A stretch of 56,796 nucleotides of DNA from positions 8,100,902-8,157,697 of the forward strand of contig NC_057753.1 of assembly GCF_004010195.1 (NCBI RefSeq), in the 5' to 3' direction. Positions within the stretch are counted from its first letter, which is position 1. Every line of letters begins with the position of its first letter. The translations under genes were made by a program, and so were the position numbers. Positions 25,255 to 38,610 of the stretch are shown piece by piece. Source of the stretch: Chiloscyllium plagiosum. Taxonomy: Eukaryota. The notes beneath the pieces are model-generated. The model ran no database searches. It was not told where the DNA came from and saw only the letters and a program-made list of their open reading frames with translations.

Positions 25255-27007
25255 GTGTTAGCGAAATGTTAAGGGAAATTCCAAACTTCATACTCGAGGG
25301 AAAAGAAACCAATGTTTACAACAGACAAACGGTATGGTTGTTAATAGAGAGAAAGATACCTGATGAACATAATTTTGATCATTAACACAGGATCAGAGAG
25401 GGCGGTGCTGTTGATGTTATCTATGTCAGTGGTTTGTGATCTATTAACGTTGACTGGATTGCAATGGAAATGTGAATATGACACATGGTGACAATACAGA
25501 AAACAGAGAGAAATTGGGGAATGGATCTTCAGACTGTTCAAGAGGATAAGGAAATGGTCCAGCCATCACTCATACAAAAAGCAGATTCAACAACACATCT
25601 GCTATGATTAATGAATAGAGGTAATGTTAAGTAATTGGGGCAATTCCACACAGAATGCAGGGAGAAAATGACATTCTGGGCAAACTAATATATTTCTGAT
25701 AATATAAAGAGATATGTCTGCTAAAATGTAATCATGGTATCAAGGCTCATAAATAGAAATGCAGATTAGAAAACCATGGAGCTGCTGGGAAACCTTTATA
25801 AATCATTATTTTTCCCTGTCTCTTGCTCTCTCTCAGTGACCCACACACCATTATGGACAGAGGTGCATAGGACGGAGGAGCAGGTGTGGGCAATTAAGCC
25901 CTTCAAACTCGCTCCCCCATTTAACATGATCATGGCTAATCTTATCCTGGCCTCAATTTCATTTTCCTACCTGCTCCCCCACGCACTTTATCCCGCTTTT
26001 CATCAGCAACGCGTTTCTTTCTTTATTGAGTCTGTTGATTGTTTTTGCATTTCGTCTACGTGATGGAGTGAGCTCCACAGGTTGCATTTAAGGAAAATTT
26101 GTTCTGTCACCCTTCATCTCAAAACAATTGTTGTAACCCTGCTACCGAGTTGTCTGGTCAATGAAAAGCAGAGCGATTAGATGTTTTCTTTTGTAATTGG
26201 TTCAAAGTAGCACAATCGATAGTCACAGGTAAGATGCTAGAAGACTGGAAGTTGGCCAACGTGGTGCCACTGTTTAAGAAGAGTGGTAAGGCCAGGCCAG
26301 GGAACTATAGACCAGTCAGCCTGAGGGACAGGATTTACATGTATTTGGAAAGGTAAGGACTGATTAGGGATAGTCAACATGTCTTTGTGTGTGGGAAATC
26401 ATGACTCACAAACTTGATTGAGCTTTTTGAAAAAGTAGCAAAGAGGATCAATGAGGGTAGAGCCGTAGATGTGATCTATATGGACTTCAGTAAGGCGTTC
26501 GACAAGTTTCCTCATGGGAGACAGGTTATCAAGGTTACATCTCATGAAATACAGGGAGAGCTAGCCATTTGGATACAGAATTGGCTCAAAGGTAGAATAC
26601 AGATGGTGGTGGTGGAGGGTTGTCTTTCAGACTGGAGGCCTGTGACCAGTGGAGTGTCACTAGGATCAGTGCTGGGTCCACTACCATTTGTCATTTACAT
26701 AAATGATTTGGATGTGAGTATAAGAGGTACAGTTAGTAAGTTTGCAGATGACATCAAAAATTGGAGGTGAAGTGGACACCGAAGAGGGTTACCTCAGATT
26801 ACAACAGGATCTGGACCAGATCGACCAATGGGCTGAGAAGTGGCAGATGGAGTTTAATACAGATAAATGCGAGGTGCTGCATTTGGGGAAATGCAGGGCT
26901 AATAACGTAATGATAAGGTCCGAGGGAGTGTTGCTGAACAAAGGGACCTTGGAGTACACGTTCATAGCTCCTTAAAAGTGGAGTCGCAGGTAGATATGAT
27001 AGTGAAG

Positions 27008-27969
27008 GGCAGGTCGTGCCTCACAAACCTTATTGAGTTCTTTGAAAAGTTGACGAAGGAGGTTGATGAGGGGAAAGCGGTAGATGTGGTATATATGGAT
27101 TTTAGTAAGGCGTTTGATAAGGTTCCCCATGGTAGGCTACTGCAGAAAATACGGAGATATGGCATTGAGGGTGAGCTGGAGGTTTGGATTAGGAATTGGC
27201 TAGATGGAAGAAGACAGAGGGTAGTAGTTGATGGCAAAGTTTCTTCATGGAGTGCCGTCACTAGCGGTGTTCCGCAAGGATCTGTTTTGGGACCATTGCT
27301 GTTTGTCATTTTTATAAATGACCTGGAAGAGGGGTTAGAAGATTGGGTGAGCAAGTTTGCGGATGATACGAAAGTCGGAGGAGTTGTTGACAGTGAGGAA
27401 GCATGTGGCAGGTTACAGCAGGATATAGAGAAGCTGCAGAGCTGGGCAGAAAGGTGGCAGATGGAATACAATGTAGCTAAGTGCGAGGTGATTCACTTTG
27501 GGAAGAAAAACAAAAAGATGGGGNNNNNNNNNNNNNNNNNNNNNNNNNNNNNNNNNNNNNNNNNNNNNNNNNNNNNNNNNNNNNNNNNNNNNNNNNNNNN
27601 NNNNNNNNNNNNNNNNNNNNNNNNNNNNNNNNNNNNNNNNNNNNNNNNNNNNNNNNNNNNNNNNNNNNNNNNNNNNNNNNNNNNNNNNNNNNNNNNNNNN
27701 NNNNNNNNNNNNNNNNNNNNNNNNNNNNNNNNNNNNNNNNNNNNNNNNNNNNGGGTAGGTTCTTCACTCAGTGAGTCGTAAGTTCATGGAATGCCCTGCC
27801 AGTAGCAGTGGTGGACTCTCCCTCTTTATGGGCATTTAAGCGGGCATTGGATAGGTATATGGAGGATAGTGGGTTAGTATAGGTTAGGTGGGCTTGGATC
27901 GGCGCAACATCGAGGGCCAAAGGGCCTGTATTGCGCTGTATTCTTCTATGTTCTATGTTCTATGTTCTA
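27008..27969 (+). mobile_element. Young 5'-truncated CR1 nested in the host CR1
   Basis: Open RT ([25 protein letters not shown]), (TTCTATG)n tail and TSD TGAAG at 27003-27007/27970-27974. Confidence 0.9.
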
Positions 27970-29498
27970 TGAAGAAGGCATTTTGTATGCTTTCCTTTAT
28001 TGGTCAAAGTATTGAGTACAGGAGTTGTTAGGTCATGCTGTGGCTGTACAGGACATTGGTTAGGCCACTGTTGGGACACTGCGAGCAATTCTGGTCTCCT
28101 TCTTATCGGAAAGATGTTCATTGAGTAATAGAGTCATAGAGATGTATAGCATGGAAACAGACCCTTTGGCCCATGCTGACCAGATATCCCAAACCAATCT
28201 AATCCCACCTGCCAGCACCTGGCCCATATCCCACCAAACCTTTCCTATTTATATCCATCCAAATGCCTCTTAAATGTTGCAATTGTACCAGCCTCCACCA
28301 CATCCTCTGGTAGCTCTTTCCATACATGTACCGCCCTGTGTGTGAAAACGTTGCCCCAGGTCTCTTTTATACCTTTCCTCTGGCTTGTCCTTACCACCCT
28401 CCTTAAAGAGTGGCACTACATTAGCCAAAACCCAGTCTTCCTCACCTGTGACTATCGATTATACAAATATCTCAGCAAGAGGCCCAGCAATCACTTCTCT
28501 AGCTTCCCACAGAGTTCTAGGGTACACCTGATCTGGTCCTGTGAATTTATCCAGCTTTACCCGTTTCAAGACATCCAGCACTTCGTCCTCTGTAATATGG
28601 ACATTTTGCAAGATGTCACCATCTATTTCCCAACAGTCTATATCTTTCATATCCTTTTCCATAGTAAATACTGATGAAAAATACTCGTTTAGTATCTCTC
28701 CCATTTTCTGTGACTTTACACAAAGGCCGCCTTGCTGATCTTTGAGGGGCCCAATTCTCTCGCTAGTTACTCTTTTGTCCTTAATGCATTTGTAAAAACT
28801 CTATGGATTTTCCTTATTTCTATTTGACAAAGCTATCTCATGCCCTCTTTTTGCCCTTCTGATTTCCCTCTTAAGTATACTCCTACTTTCTTGATACTCA
28901 TCTAAGGATTCAGTCGATCCATCCTGTCTATACCTTATATATACTTCCTTCCTTTACTTAACCAAACCCTTAATTTCGTTAGTCATCCAGTATTCCCTAT
29001 ACTTAACAGCCTTTCCTTTCACATTACCGGGAATATCCTTTCTCTGGCTTCTCGTTATCTCATTTCTGAAGGCTTCCCATTTTCCAGCCGTCCCTTCATC
29101 TGCGAACATCTGCCCCAAATCAGCTTTCGAAAGTTCTTGCCTAATACCGCCAAAATTGGCCTTTCTCCAATTTAGAAGTTCAACTATTAGATCTGGTCTA
29201 TCATTTTCCATCGCTATTTTAAATCTAATAGAATTATGGTCGCTTGCCCTAAAGTGTTCCACCACTGACACCTCAGTCACCTGTCCTGCCTTATTACCCA
29301 AGAGTAGGTCAAGTTTTGCACCTTCTCTAGTAGGTACATCCACATACTGAATCAGAAAAATGTCTTGTACACACTTAACAAATTCCTCTCCATCTAAACC
29401 CTTAACACTGTGGCAGTCCCAGTCGATGTTTGGAAAGTTAAAAGCCCCTAATATAACCAACCTGTTATTCTTACATGTAGCTGAGATCTCCTTACAAG

Positions 29499-29818
29499 AT
29501 TAGATGAGATTATTTACAGTGTGGAAACAGGCCCTTCGGCCCAACAAGTCCACACTGACCCGCCGAAGTGCAACCCACCCAGACCCATTCCCCGACATTT
29601 GCCCCTGCACCTAACACAACGGGCAATTTAGCATGGCCAATTCAACTAATCTGCACATTTTTGGACAGTGGGAGGAAACCGGAGCACCCGGAGGAAACCC
29701 ACGCAGACACGGGGAGAATGTGCAAACTCCACCCAGTCAGTCGCCTGAGGCGGGAATTGAACCCGGGTCTCTGGCGCTGTGAGGCAGCAGTGCTAACCAC
29801 TGTGCCACCATGCTGTCC
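29499..29818 (-). mobile_element. HE1/V-SINE-like SINE
   Basis: Full head, core and tail; TSD ACAAG at 29494-29498/29819-29823. Confidence 0.92.
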
Positions 29819-30168
29819 ACAAGTTTGTTTCTCAATTTCCCTCTGAATATTAGGGGGTCTATAATACAATCCCAATAAGGTTATTCTTATTTCTCAGTTC
29901 CTCCCAAATAACTTCCCTGGATGTATTTCCAGGAATATCCTCCCTCAGCAGAACTATCATGCTATCCCTTGTCAAAAATACCACTCCCTCTCCACTCTTG
30001 CCTCCTTTTCTATCCTTCCTGTAGAATTTGTATCCTGGAACATTAAGCTGCCGGTCTTGCCCATCCCTGAGCCATGTTTCTGTAATTGCTATGATATTCC
30101 AGCCCCATGTTCCTAACCATGCCCTGGGTTCATCTGCCTTCCCTGTTAGGCCCCTTGCATTAAAATAA

Positions 30169-32645
30169 ATAGAACATAGAACATAGAAGAATACAGCGCA
30201 GTACAGGCCCTTTGGCCCTCGATGTTGCGCCGATCCAAGCCCACCTCACCTACACTAGCCCACTATCCTCCATATGCCTATCCAATGCCCGCTTAAATGC
30301 CCATAAAGAGGGAGAGTCCACCACTGCTACTGGCAGGGCATTCCATGAACTCACGCTGAGTAAAGAATCTACCCCTAACATCTGTCCTATACCTACCACC
30401 CCTTAATTTAAAGCTATGCCCTTCGTAATAGCTGACTCCATACGTGGAAAAAGGTTCTCATGGTCAACCCTATCTAAACCCCTAATCATCTTGTACACCT
30501 CTATCAAGTCACTCCTAAATCTTCTTTTCACCAATGAAAACAGCCCCAAGTGCCTCAGCCTTTCCTCATACGATCTTTCTACCATACCAGGCACCATCCT
30601 GGTAAACCTCCGGTGGCAACTTTCAGAGATCTGTGTACATGGACACCAAGATCCCTCTGCTCATCCACACTACCAAGTATCCGACCATTAGCCCAGTACC
30701 CCATCTTTTTGTTATTCTTCCCAAAGTGAATCACCTCACACTTAGCTACATTGCATTCCATTTGCCACCTTTCTGCCCAGCTCTGCAGCTTCTCTATATC
30801 CTGCTGTAATCTGCCACATCCTTCCTCACTGTCAACAACTCCTCCGACTTTCGTATTATCCGCAAACTTGCTCACCCAACCTTCTAACCCCTCTTCCAGG
30901 TCATTTATAAAAATGACAAACAAGCAATGGTCCCAAAATAGATCCTTGCGGAACACTGCTAGTAACTGCACTCCAAGATGAACCTTTACCATCAACTACT
31001 ACCCTCTGTCTTCTTCCAGCCAGCCAATTCCTAATCCAAACCTCCAACTCACCCTCAATACCATACCTCCATATTCTTTGTAGTAGTCTACCATGGGGAA
31101 CCTTATCAAACGCCTTACTAAAATCCATATACACCACATCTACCGCTTTACCCTCATCCACCTCCTTCGTCACCTTCTCAAAGAATTCAATAAGGTTTGT
31201 GAGGCACGACCTGCCCTTCACAAAACCATGCTGACGTTCGTTGATCACATTATTCCTATCCAGATGTTCATAAATCCTATCCCTTACAATTCTCTCTAAG
31301 ACTTTGCCCACAACAGAAGTGAGACTCACCGGCCTATAGTTACTAGGGTTATCCCTACCCCCCTTCTTGAACAAGGGAACCACGTTTGCTAGCCTCCAGT
31401 CTTCTGGCACTATTCCTGTAGACAACGAGGACATAAAAATCAAGGCCAATGGCTCTGCAATCTCCTCCGTTGCTTCCCAGAGAATCCTAGGATAAATGCC
31501 ATCAGGCCTAGGGGACTTTTCTATTTTCACCCTTTCCAGAATTTCCAACACCTCTTCTCTACATACCTCAAAGCTGTCCATTCTAATTAATTGTGACTCA
31601 GTATTCACATCGGCAACAATGTCCTGTTCCTGAGTGAATACTGATGAGAAGCATTCATTCAGTGTCTCCCCAATCTCTCCAGCATCCACACGCAACTTCC
31701 CACTACTATCCTTGACTGGACCAATTCCTACCCTAGTCATTCTTTCATTCCTGACATACCTATAGAAAGCCTTAGGGTTTTTTTTTAGATTACTTTACAG
31801 TGTGGAAACAGGCCCTTCGGTCCAACAAGTCCACACCGACCCGCCGAAGCGCACCCACCCAGACCCATTCCCCTACATTTACCCCTGCATCTAACACTAC
31901 AGGCAATTTAGCGTGGCCAATTCACCTAATCTGCACATTTTTGGACAGTGGGAGGAAACCGGAGCACCCGAAGGAAACCCACGCAGACACGGGGAGAATG
32001 TGCAAACTCCACCCAGTCAGTCGCCTGAGGCGGGAATTGAACCCGGGTCTCTGGCGCTGTGAGGCAGCAGTGCTAACCACTGTGCCACCGTGCCGCTCAC
32101 CTAATCCTACCAACTAAGTACCTTTCATGTACCCTCCTTGCTGCTCTTAGCTCTCTCTTCAGGTCCTTCCTGGCTACCTTATAACTCTCAATCACCCCAA
32201 TTGAACCTTCACGCCTCATCTTTACATAGGCCGCCCTCTTCCATTTAACAAGGGATTCCAATTCCTTATTAAACCACGGCTCCCTCACACGACCCTTTCC
32301 TCCCTGCCTGACGGGCACATACTTATCAAGGACACTCAATAGTTGCTCCTTGAACAAGCTCCACATAACAATTACACCCTTGCCTTGAAGCTTACTTTTC
32401 CAAGCCACACATCCTAAGTCATGCCTCACAGCATCATAATTTCCATGCCCCCATCTATAACTCTTGCCCTGTAGTGCACACTTATCCCTCTCCATCACGA
32501 GAGTAAAGGTCACCGAATTGTGGTCACTGTCCCCAAAGTGCTCACCTACCTCTAATTCGAACACCTGGCTTGGTTCATTACCCCGAACCAAATCCAGTAT
32601 GGCCTCACCACTTGTTGGCCTATCTACATATTGTGTCAGGAAACC
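30169..32645 (-). mobile_element. Young CR1 LINE (endonuclease end to 3' tail), nested
   Basis: ORFs 30901-31740 and 32097-32591 contain GDSDHN, NYRPVSLTS, QHGFVKGRSCLTNL and DFSKAFD. Confidence 0.92.
31787..32097 (-). mobile_element. HE1/V-SINE-like SINE nested in young CR1
   Basis: Near-identical to the copies at 21541 and 29499. Confidence 0.92.
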
Positions 32646-33521
32646 ACTCCCCGAACCTTACTAGTTTAAATCCTCCCAAGCAGTTCTAGCAAATTTCCCT
32701 GCCAGTATATTAGTCCTCTTCCAATTTTGGTGCAATCTGTCCTTCTTGCACAGGTCATTTCTACCCCAAAATAGATTCCAATGATCCAAAAATGTGAATC
32801 CTTCTCCCATACACCAGCTCCTCAGCCATGCATTCATCAGCTCTATCCTCCTATTCCTGCCCTCACTAGCTCCTCACACTGGGAGTAATCCAGATATTTC
32901 TACTCTCGAGGACCTCCTTTTTAAATTCCTGCCTAATTCTCTGTCATCTCCCTTCAGAATCTCAACCTTTTCCCTTCCTATGTCGTTTGTTCCAATGTGG
33001 ACAATGACCTCCTGCTGGCCCCTCTCCCCCGTGAGAATATTCTGCACCCTCTCTGAGACATCCTTGATCCTGGCACCAGATAAGCAACACACCATTCTGC
33101 TTTTTTGCTGCTGGCCACAGAAACGTCTGTATGTACCTTGAACTAGAGAATCCCCGAAGACAATTGATCTTTTCGAATCCGACGTACCCCTCATTGCATT
33201 AGAGTCAGTCTCAATACCAGAGACTTGACTGTACGTGCTACGTTCCCCTGAGAATCCATCACCCCCTACATTTTCCAAAACAACATACCTGTTTGAAATG
33301 GGTATATCCATAAAAGAATCCTGCACTTGCTGCCTATCCTTCTTACCTTTCCTGGAGTTCACCCATCTTTGTGACTGTATCTGAGACTTTCCCCCCTTCC
33401 TATAACTGCCATCCATCACATACTGTTGCTGTTGCAAATTCCTCATTGCTTCTAACTGTCTCTCCAAATGATCCATTCGATCTGATAAGATTCGCAGCCA
33501 ATCGCATTTATGGCTGATATG

Positions 33522-33555
33522 ATCCTGAAGAAGGGCGTATGCCCGAAACATCGAT
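33522..33555 (+). ncRNA. Minimal hammerhead ribozyme motif (one substitution)
   Basis: ATC-CTGAAGA-A-GGGC-GTAT-GCCC-GAAA-CATC-GAT. Confidence 0.6.
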
Positions 33556-33650
33556 TCTCCTGCTCCTTTGATGCTGCCTGATCTGCTGCGCTTTTCCAGC
33601 AACACATTTTTCAGCATCTGATCTCCAGCATCTGCAGTCCTCACTTTCTC
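33526..33650 (+). mobile_element. Short Penelope-derived terminal fragment
   Basis: Same sequence as 35750-35880 and 42255-42336. TSD-like ATGATCC/ATAATCC; empty site at ~48505. Confidence 0.75.
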
Positions 33651-35009
33651 ATAATCCACAAGAAGTACATATTATTCTTCTACAAACACTGCCCCAGTTT
33701 AAATTAATGGTTATGGCTTATATTTTAAGTTAAATCAAGAGACATATCTCCAAAAACATATAATCAAGAAAGAACCCACTCTACTCACTACTGCAGATTC
33801 ACTGTAGGCCACACTTAAACCAACGATTAGCTAATCTGGTTTTGTGCTGTGAACTTCGCCCAACAGTTCCTCCATGATCAGTTGTGAATTTCATTGTTTG
33901 TTAATTTTCCCAGATGCACTCCGATGTCCAGCGATACTTGAATTCAAACATCAAAGGAAGTAACTGCAGGTTCTCTCTCTCTCTCTGTCTACTGCACTGA
34001 CCTCACCATGTGCTTCCTTTGTCTGTTCCTCGCCCTTTCAAAACTGCTGTTGTTTTGATTTTTATTTTCCAAAGTTCCAAAACAATGCAACAGCATATAA
34101 AACAGTAACTGTTGCTCCTGGAATTCGAGGAAATCACCTCCAACACCTAAAATACTTCAAAAAAAGGAGCAGCTCTTACAGCCAGAAATTGTTCCTGTCC
34201 TCCATCTTGGGTGAAACTTGAAAGGGTTCAGAGAAGATTTACAAGGATGTTGCCAGGGTTGGAGGATTTGAGCTACAGGGAGAGGCTGAATAGGCTACGG
34301 CTGTTTTCCCTGGAGCGTCGGAGGCTGAGGGGTGACCTTTTTAAGGTTTATAAAATCATGAGGGACATGGATAGGATAAATAGACAAGGTCTTTTTCCCC
34401 TGGGGTCGGGGTACTCCGGAACTAGAGGGCAAAGGTTTAGGGTGAGAGGGGAAAGATATAAAAGAGACCTAAGGAGCAACTTTTTCACACAGAATGAGCT
34501 TCCACAGGAAATGGTGAAGGCTGATACAATTGCAACATTTAAAAGGCATTTGGATGGGTAAATGAATAGGAAGGGTTTGGATGGATATGGGCCGGGTGCT
34601 GACAGGTTGGACTAGATTGGGTTGGGATATCTGGTCAGCATAGATGGGTTGAACCAAGGGTCTGTTTCCGTGCTGTACATCTCTTTGACTCTATGACTCT
34701 AAATGTTGGTGTTAGGCTCACAAAGAGCCAGGGTCTTTGCATCTTCTTTTCGTTTGGCGAAGCTAGAGGTTTCCCTGCTACAGCAATATATATTTTAAAA
34801 ACTGCTCTCTATTTACTGCTGGGTTTGTGTTTTCGGTTTTGCCCTTTCTCCCAGAATAGAGATATCAAGCGATAGCTAATGTTGTCCCACTTGTGAAGAA
34901 AGGAGGGAGAGAGAAAATAGGGAATATTAGACCAGTTAGTCTGATGTCAGTGGTGGGAAAGATGCTGGAGTCAGTTATATAAAATGAAATTACGACTCAT
35001 TTGTATAGC

Positions 35010-35880
35010 AGGGTTGGGACTGAGACAAGGTGGGGGGAGGGGAAATGAGGAAACTGGAGAAATCTGAGTTCATCCCTTGTGGTTGGAGGGTCCCCAGGCG
35101 GAAGATGAGGCGCTCTTCCTCCAGCCGTCGTGTTGCTATGGTCTGGCGATGGAGGAGTCCAAAGACCTGCATGTCCTTGATGGAGTGGGAGGGGGAGTTG
35201 AAGTGTTGAGCCANNNNNNNNNNNNNNNNNNNNNNNNNNNNNNNNNNNNNNNNNNNNNNNNNNNNNNNNNNNNNNNNNNNNNNNNNNNNNNNNNNNNNNN
35301 NNNNNNNNNNNNNNNNNNNNNNNNNNNNNNNNNNNNNNNNNNNNNNNNNNNNNNNNNNNNNNNNNNNNNNNNNNNNNNNNNNNNNNNNNNNNNNNNNNNN
35401 NNNNNNNNNNNNNNNNNNNNNNNNNNNNNNNNNNNNNNNNNNNNNNNNNNNNNNNNNNNNNNNNNNNNNNNNNNNNNNNNNNNNNNNNNNNNNNNNNNNN
35501 NNNNNNNNNNNNNNNNNNNNNNNNNNNNNNNNNNNNNNNNNNNNNNNNNNNNNNNNNNNNNNNNNNNNNNNNNNNNNNNNNNNNNNNNNNNNNNCTTCCT
35601 GACCTCTCCGCCCCCACCCCCACTCCGGCCTATCACCCTCACCTTATCACCCTCACCTTAACCTCCTTCCACCTATCACATTTCCAATGCCCCTCCCCCA
35701 AGCCCCTCCTCCCTACCTTTTATCATGGCCTGCTTGGCACACTCTCCTCATTCCTAAAGAAGGGCTCATGCCCGAAAAGTCAATTCTCCTGCTTCTTGGA
35801 TGCTGCCTGACTGGCTGCGCTTTTCCAGCAACACATTTCCAGCTCTGATCTCCAGCATCTGCAGTCCTCACTTTATCCTA
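35010..35880. mobile_element. Penelope-like element remnant in inverted arrangement, spanning an N gap
   Basis: - strand GIY-YIG C-terminus RRLEEERLIFRLGTLQPQGMN (35010-35213); + strand 3' region with a decayed hammerhead at 35750-35785. Confidence 0.75.
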
Positions 35881-36518
35881 CAAGTTCATAACAAGAGGAA
35901 TTGAGTACAGGAGCAAAGAGATCCTTCTGCAGTTGTACAGGGTCCTGGTAAGACCGCACCTCGAATATTGTGTGCAGTTATGGTCTCCACATTTGAGGAA
36001 GGACATTCAGGCTATTGAGGGAGTGCAGCGTACGTCAACAAGGTCAATTCCTGGAATGGCGGGACTATCATATGTTGAAAGATTGAAGCGACTGGGCTTG
36101 TAAATATATGAGTTTAGAAGACTGAGAGGGGATCTGATTGAAACGTATAAGATTATTAAAGGATTAGGCACTCTGGAGGCAGGACGCATGTTTCCACTGG
36201 TGGGTGAGTCCAGAACCAGCGGACACAATTTAAAAATAAGGGGTAGGCCATTTAGAACATAGTTGAAGAGAAACTTCTTCACCCAGAGAGTGGGGGGTGT
36301 GTGGAATGTTCTGACCCAAAAGGCAGTGGAGGCCAAGTCTCTGGATACTTTCAAGAAAGGGATGGATAGATCTCTTAAAGATAGTGGAATCCAGGGTTAT
36401 GGGGATAAGGCAGGAACAGGATACTGATTGAGGATGATCAGCCAGGGTCATAATGAATGGTGGTGCTGGCTCGAGGGGCCGAATGGCCGACTCCTGCACC
36501 CATTGACTATGATTGTAC
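35881..36518 (+). mobile_element. CR1 3' fragment (different family)
   Basis: [15 protein letters not shown] motifs and a 3' UTR shared with 48530-48770 and 51445-51820. Confidence 0.85.
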
Positions 36519-36789
36519 ACTCCCTGCTCTGCCCCACACTGACATCAGGAGGCCTGCACACTCCCCGTTCTCTCACATTTGGAATATCAGGTGGAGAAAC
36601 TGAAGGAGATTGAGGTGAGATTTGAGCAAAGTCTCTCGTTTCATGAGAGTGTTGGATAGTACAGAAAAGGAGCATTGAATGGCCACCCCCATTGCACCTG
36701 AGACGATAACAACCATGAGCTGCATCTTGAACCACTGCCGTGCACCCACACTGGCATGAGGGAGGGTATGCCAGGATTCGGACCCAGGG

Positions 36790-37105
36790 GAACAAAGAAC
36801 AAAGAAAATTTACAGCCCAGGAACAGCCCCTTCGGCCCTCCAAGCCTGAGCTGATCCAAATCCACTGTCTAAACCTGTCGGTCAATTCCTAAGCATTTTT
36901 ATCCCTCTGCTCCCCACCTACTCATGCATCTGTCCAGACCAATCTTAAGACCGTATCTGCCTCTACTACCTCTGCTGTAAACACGTTCCAGACACCCACC
37001 ACCCTCTGTGTAAAGTACTTGTCGCGTGTATCCCCCTTAAACGTTTCACCTCTCACCTTGAAAGCATGTCCTCTCCTTATTGAATCCTTCACCCTGGGAA
37101 AGGGA
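36790..37105 (-). mobile_element. CR1 3' fragment
   Basis: (GAACAAA)n tail; ORF 36922-37260 reads RGHAFKVRGETFKGDTRDKYFTQRVVGVWN. Confidence 0.8.
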
Positions 37106-37197
37106 TACCGTTTCAGGGCAGAATGGTGAGCGACCCAGAGGGGTACAAAGTTAACAATCACACAACACCGGTTATAGTCAACAGGTTTAATCGGAAG

Positions 37198-37232
37198 CAC
37201 TAGTTTTCGGAGCGCTGCTCCCTCATCAGGTG
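37198..37232 (-). ncRNA. Minimal hammerhead ribozyme motif
   Basis: CAC-CTGATGA-G-GGAGC-AGC-GCTCC-GAAA-ACTA-GTG; stems I and II pair. Confidence 0.62.
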
Positions 37233-37676
37233 GTTGTGGGAAATTACGATCATAAGACACAGAATTTATAGCAAAGGTTCACAGTGTGACGAAACTGAAA
37301 TGACATATCGAAAAAGATCCGGATTGTGTGTTAAGTCTCTCATCTTTTAGAATGATCATGTTGGTTTCAGTTCTTTCATCTGTAAACCGCAAAACTTTCT
37401 TTTTTAAAGTTGCATTTTCAGGTGAACTTTAACAATAATTGCAATGTTGGTCCAGATAATGCATTCAAGGTGCGAGGTGCCCTGTGTGAGGCTGCCTGTG
37501 ACCCAATGTTTAGACTCATTCTCATCTAAAAAAAGGCATTTACGGAATCTTACATGGATTCATGCAGTTTTGAGCAAAAGAAAATGTAATTCTGCAAGTA
37601 CAAATCCACCCCTCAAACCAGTGTGAGAATGTGGATGTGTATGTGGGGTGCGGGGGTTGAGAGTGTCTGTGACAGA

Positions 37677-37710
<34 letters not shown>

Positions 37711-37794
37711 AGGGGTATAAGTCTGTGACAAGGTGTGTGTGTGAGTGCATGTGCCTGTGAGAGGGTCTGCGTGAGTGTATGGGTCTGAAGGTGT

Positions 37795-38073
37795 GTATGT
37801 GTCTGTGGGATTGTGTGTGTGTGTGTGTGTGTGTATGTGTCTGTGGGATTGTGTGTGTGTGTGTGTGTGTGTATGTGTCTGTGGGATTGTGTGTGTGTGT
37901 GTGTGTGTGTATGTGTCTGTGGGATTGTGTGTGTGTGTGTGTGTGTGTATGTGTCTGTGGGATTGTGTGTGTGTGTGTGTGTGTGTATGTGTCTGTGGGA
38001 TTGTGTGTGTGTGTGTGTGTGTGTATGTGTCTGTGGGATTGTGTGTGTGTGTGTGTGTGTGTATGTGTCTGTG

Positions 38074-38104
<31 letters not shown>

Positions 38105-38135
38105 ATGCGTCTGTGGGATTGTGTGTGTGTACGTG
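37795..38135. repeat. 38-bp minisatellite, 9 copies (GTATGTGTCTGTGGGATT + TG run)
   Basis: ctgtggga recurs at 37803, 37841, 37879, 37917, 37955, 37993, 38031, 38069 and 38111. Confidence 0.92.
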
Positions 38136-38569
38136 TGTGTGTGTGTGTTCGACCAAGACATCTTCTCCATGCAGGACCTCCGACCAACCCTATACACCAG
38201 GTCTATTGACAACATTTTCTTCCTCTGGACCCATAGCGAGGAATCACTGAAACAATGATTCTGTAGATCTGTTTTTAAGATTAGAATCAGACTGAACTTT
38301 GGAGCACAGGCAGCTTCACACAAGGCACTTAGCTCACATCTTCAATGCATTATCTGGGCCGACACGGCACCAATTGTTAAAAGTTCACTTGAGAATATAA
38401 CGTTAAGGAGGTTCTGAGATTTACATATGAAAATATTGAAACCAACATGTTCATTCTAAAAGATGAGAGATTTACCTTCCAATCCAGGTATTTTTCAATA
38501 TGTCATTTCCGTTACCTCCCACTGTATACTTCAGCCATAAATTCTGTGTCCTACGATCCTTTACTCCAC

Positions 38570-38610
38570 AAACACCTGATGAAGGAGCTGTGCTCCCAAA
38601 GCTAGTGTTT
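38570..38610 (+). ncRNA. Decayed minimal hammerhead motif
   Basis: AAACAC-CTGATGA-A-GGAGC-TGT-GCTCC-CAAA-GCTA-GTGTTT (GAAA mutated to CAAA). Confidence 0.5.

Larger units (their letters stand above)
28119..34210 (-). mobile_element. CR1 LINE with 5' UTR, ORF1 esterase, endonuclease and 3' tail; RT internally deleted
   Basis: SGNH esterase motifs IVFGDSLV...CLSGARIKDV...VHIGTND (32874-33520) and APE motifs GAFNFPNIDW...LDLLL...SDHN (28954-29460). The 3' tail at 28119-28375 is fused directly to pre-RT sequence. Confidence 0.85.
26213..34700 (+). mobile_element. Host CR1 LINE (RT to 3' tail) split by nested insertions
   Basis: Pieces 26213-27007, 27970-28118 and 34211-34700 read contiguously (...agtgaag|aaggca...; ...aaagatgtt|gtgaaacttgaaaggg...) and end in a gactctat tail. 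Confidence 0.85.

Noticed and set aside
32874..33659. Novel 261-aa esterase gene
   Set aside because: CR1 ORF1 fused by chance to an antisense Penelope fragment that supplies its N-terminal portion.
37795..38135. CRISPR-like regular spacing
   Set aside because: The 'spacers' are identical TG runs, the context is eukaryotic and there are no cas genes.
37540..38323. Long His/Thr-rich and Cys/Val-rich ORFs
   Set aside because: Translations of (CA)n/(TG)n repeats that are open in all frames.
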